DNA of 63,199 nucleotides, the filler included, from Chiloscyllium plagiosum (lineage: Eukaryota), in assembly GCF_004010195.1 (NCBI RefSeq). It is 3 parts of one record of this genome, joined end to end, with 100 filler letters (N's around TTAATTAATTAA, not from the genome) between each part and the next. Parts side by side here need not be neighbours in the genome. Positions count along the whole stretch, not along the records: positions 48,309 to 63,199 come from NC_057712.1; 2 more parts are not named here. One strand, given 5' to 3'. How positions within the stretch are numbered: position 1 is the stretch's first letter; each line of letters begins with the position of its first letter. The position numbers and the translations under genes are program-made. The notes beneath the pieces were generated by a model. The model was not told the DNA's origin, did no database searches, and saw nothing but the letters and a program-made list of their open reading frames with translations. Positions 63,135-63,199 of this stretch are shown piece by piece.

Positions 63135-63199
63135 TAGATTAGAGTGGTGCTGGAAAAGCACAGCGGTTCAGGCAGCATCCGAGGAGCAGTAAAATCGAC
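63135..63199 (-). mobile_element. Family A Penelope end, cut by the window edge
   Basis: AGAGTGGTGCTGGAAAAGCACAGCGGTTCAGGCAGCATCCGAGGAGCAG. Confidence 0.8.

Overview
This is repeat-rich vertebrate genomic DNA. HE1-type SINEs, CR1 LINEs and Penelope-like elements point to a shark or other cartilaginous fish (inference). The only host gene I can support is WDR35 (IFT121), seen as four internal minus-strand exons between 50.4 and 59.2 kb. I did not find its last coding exons. Two 100-bp N/TTAATTAATTAA assembly spacers (21540-21639, 48209-48308) split the window into three scaffold pieces. The window also holds a decayed Gmr1-type Ty3/Gypsy element with integrase before RT (13301-19846), a U6 snRNA pseudogene, a solo LTR, a Tigger-like MITE, many LINE/SINE fragments, a 7-bp satellite and a 36/72-bp minisatellite. 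The most interesting signal is about 25 minimal type I hammerhead-ribozyme-like motifs in three sequence families. The families share the core CUGANGA-A-stemII-GAAA-palindrome-UH but have different, covarying stems. The motifs sit on Penelope 3' ends and on small TSD-flanked, often fold-back mini-elements. Many repeat boundaries are approximate because they were read by eye.
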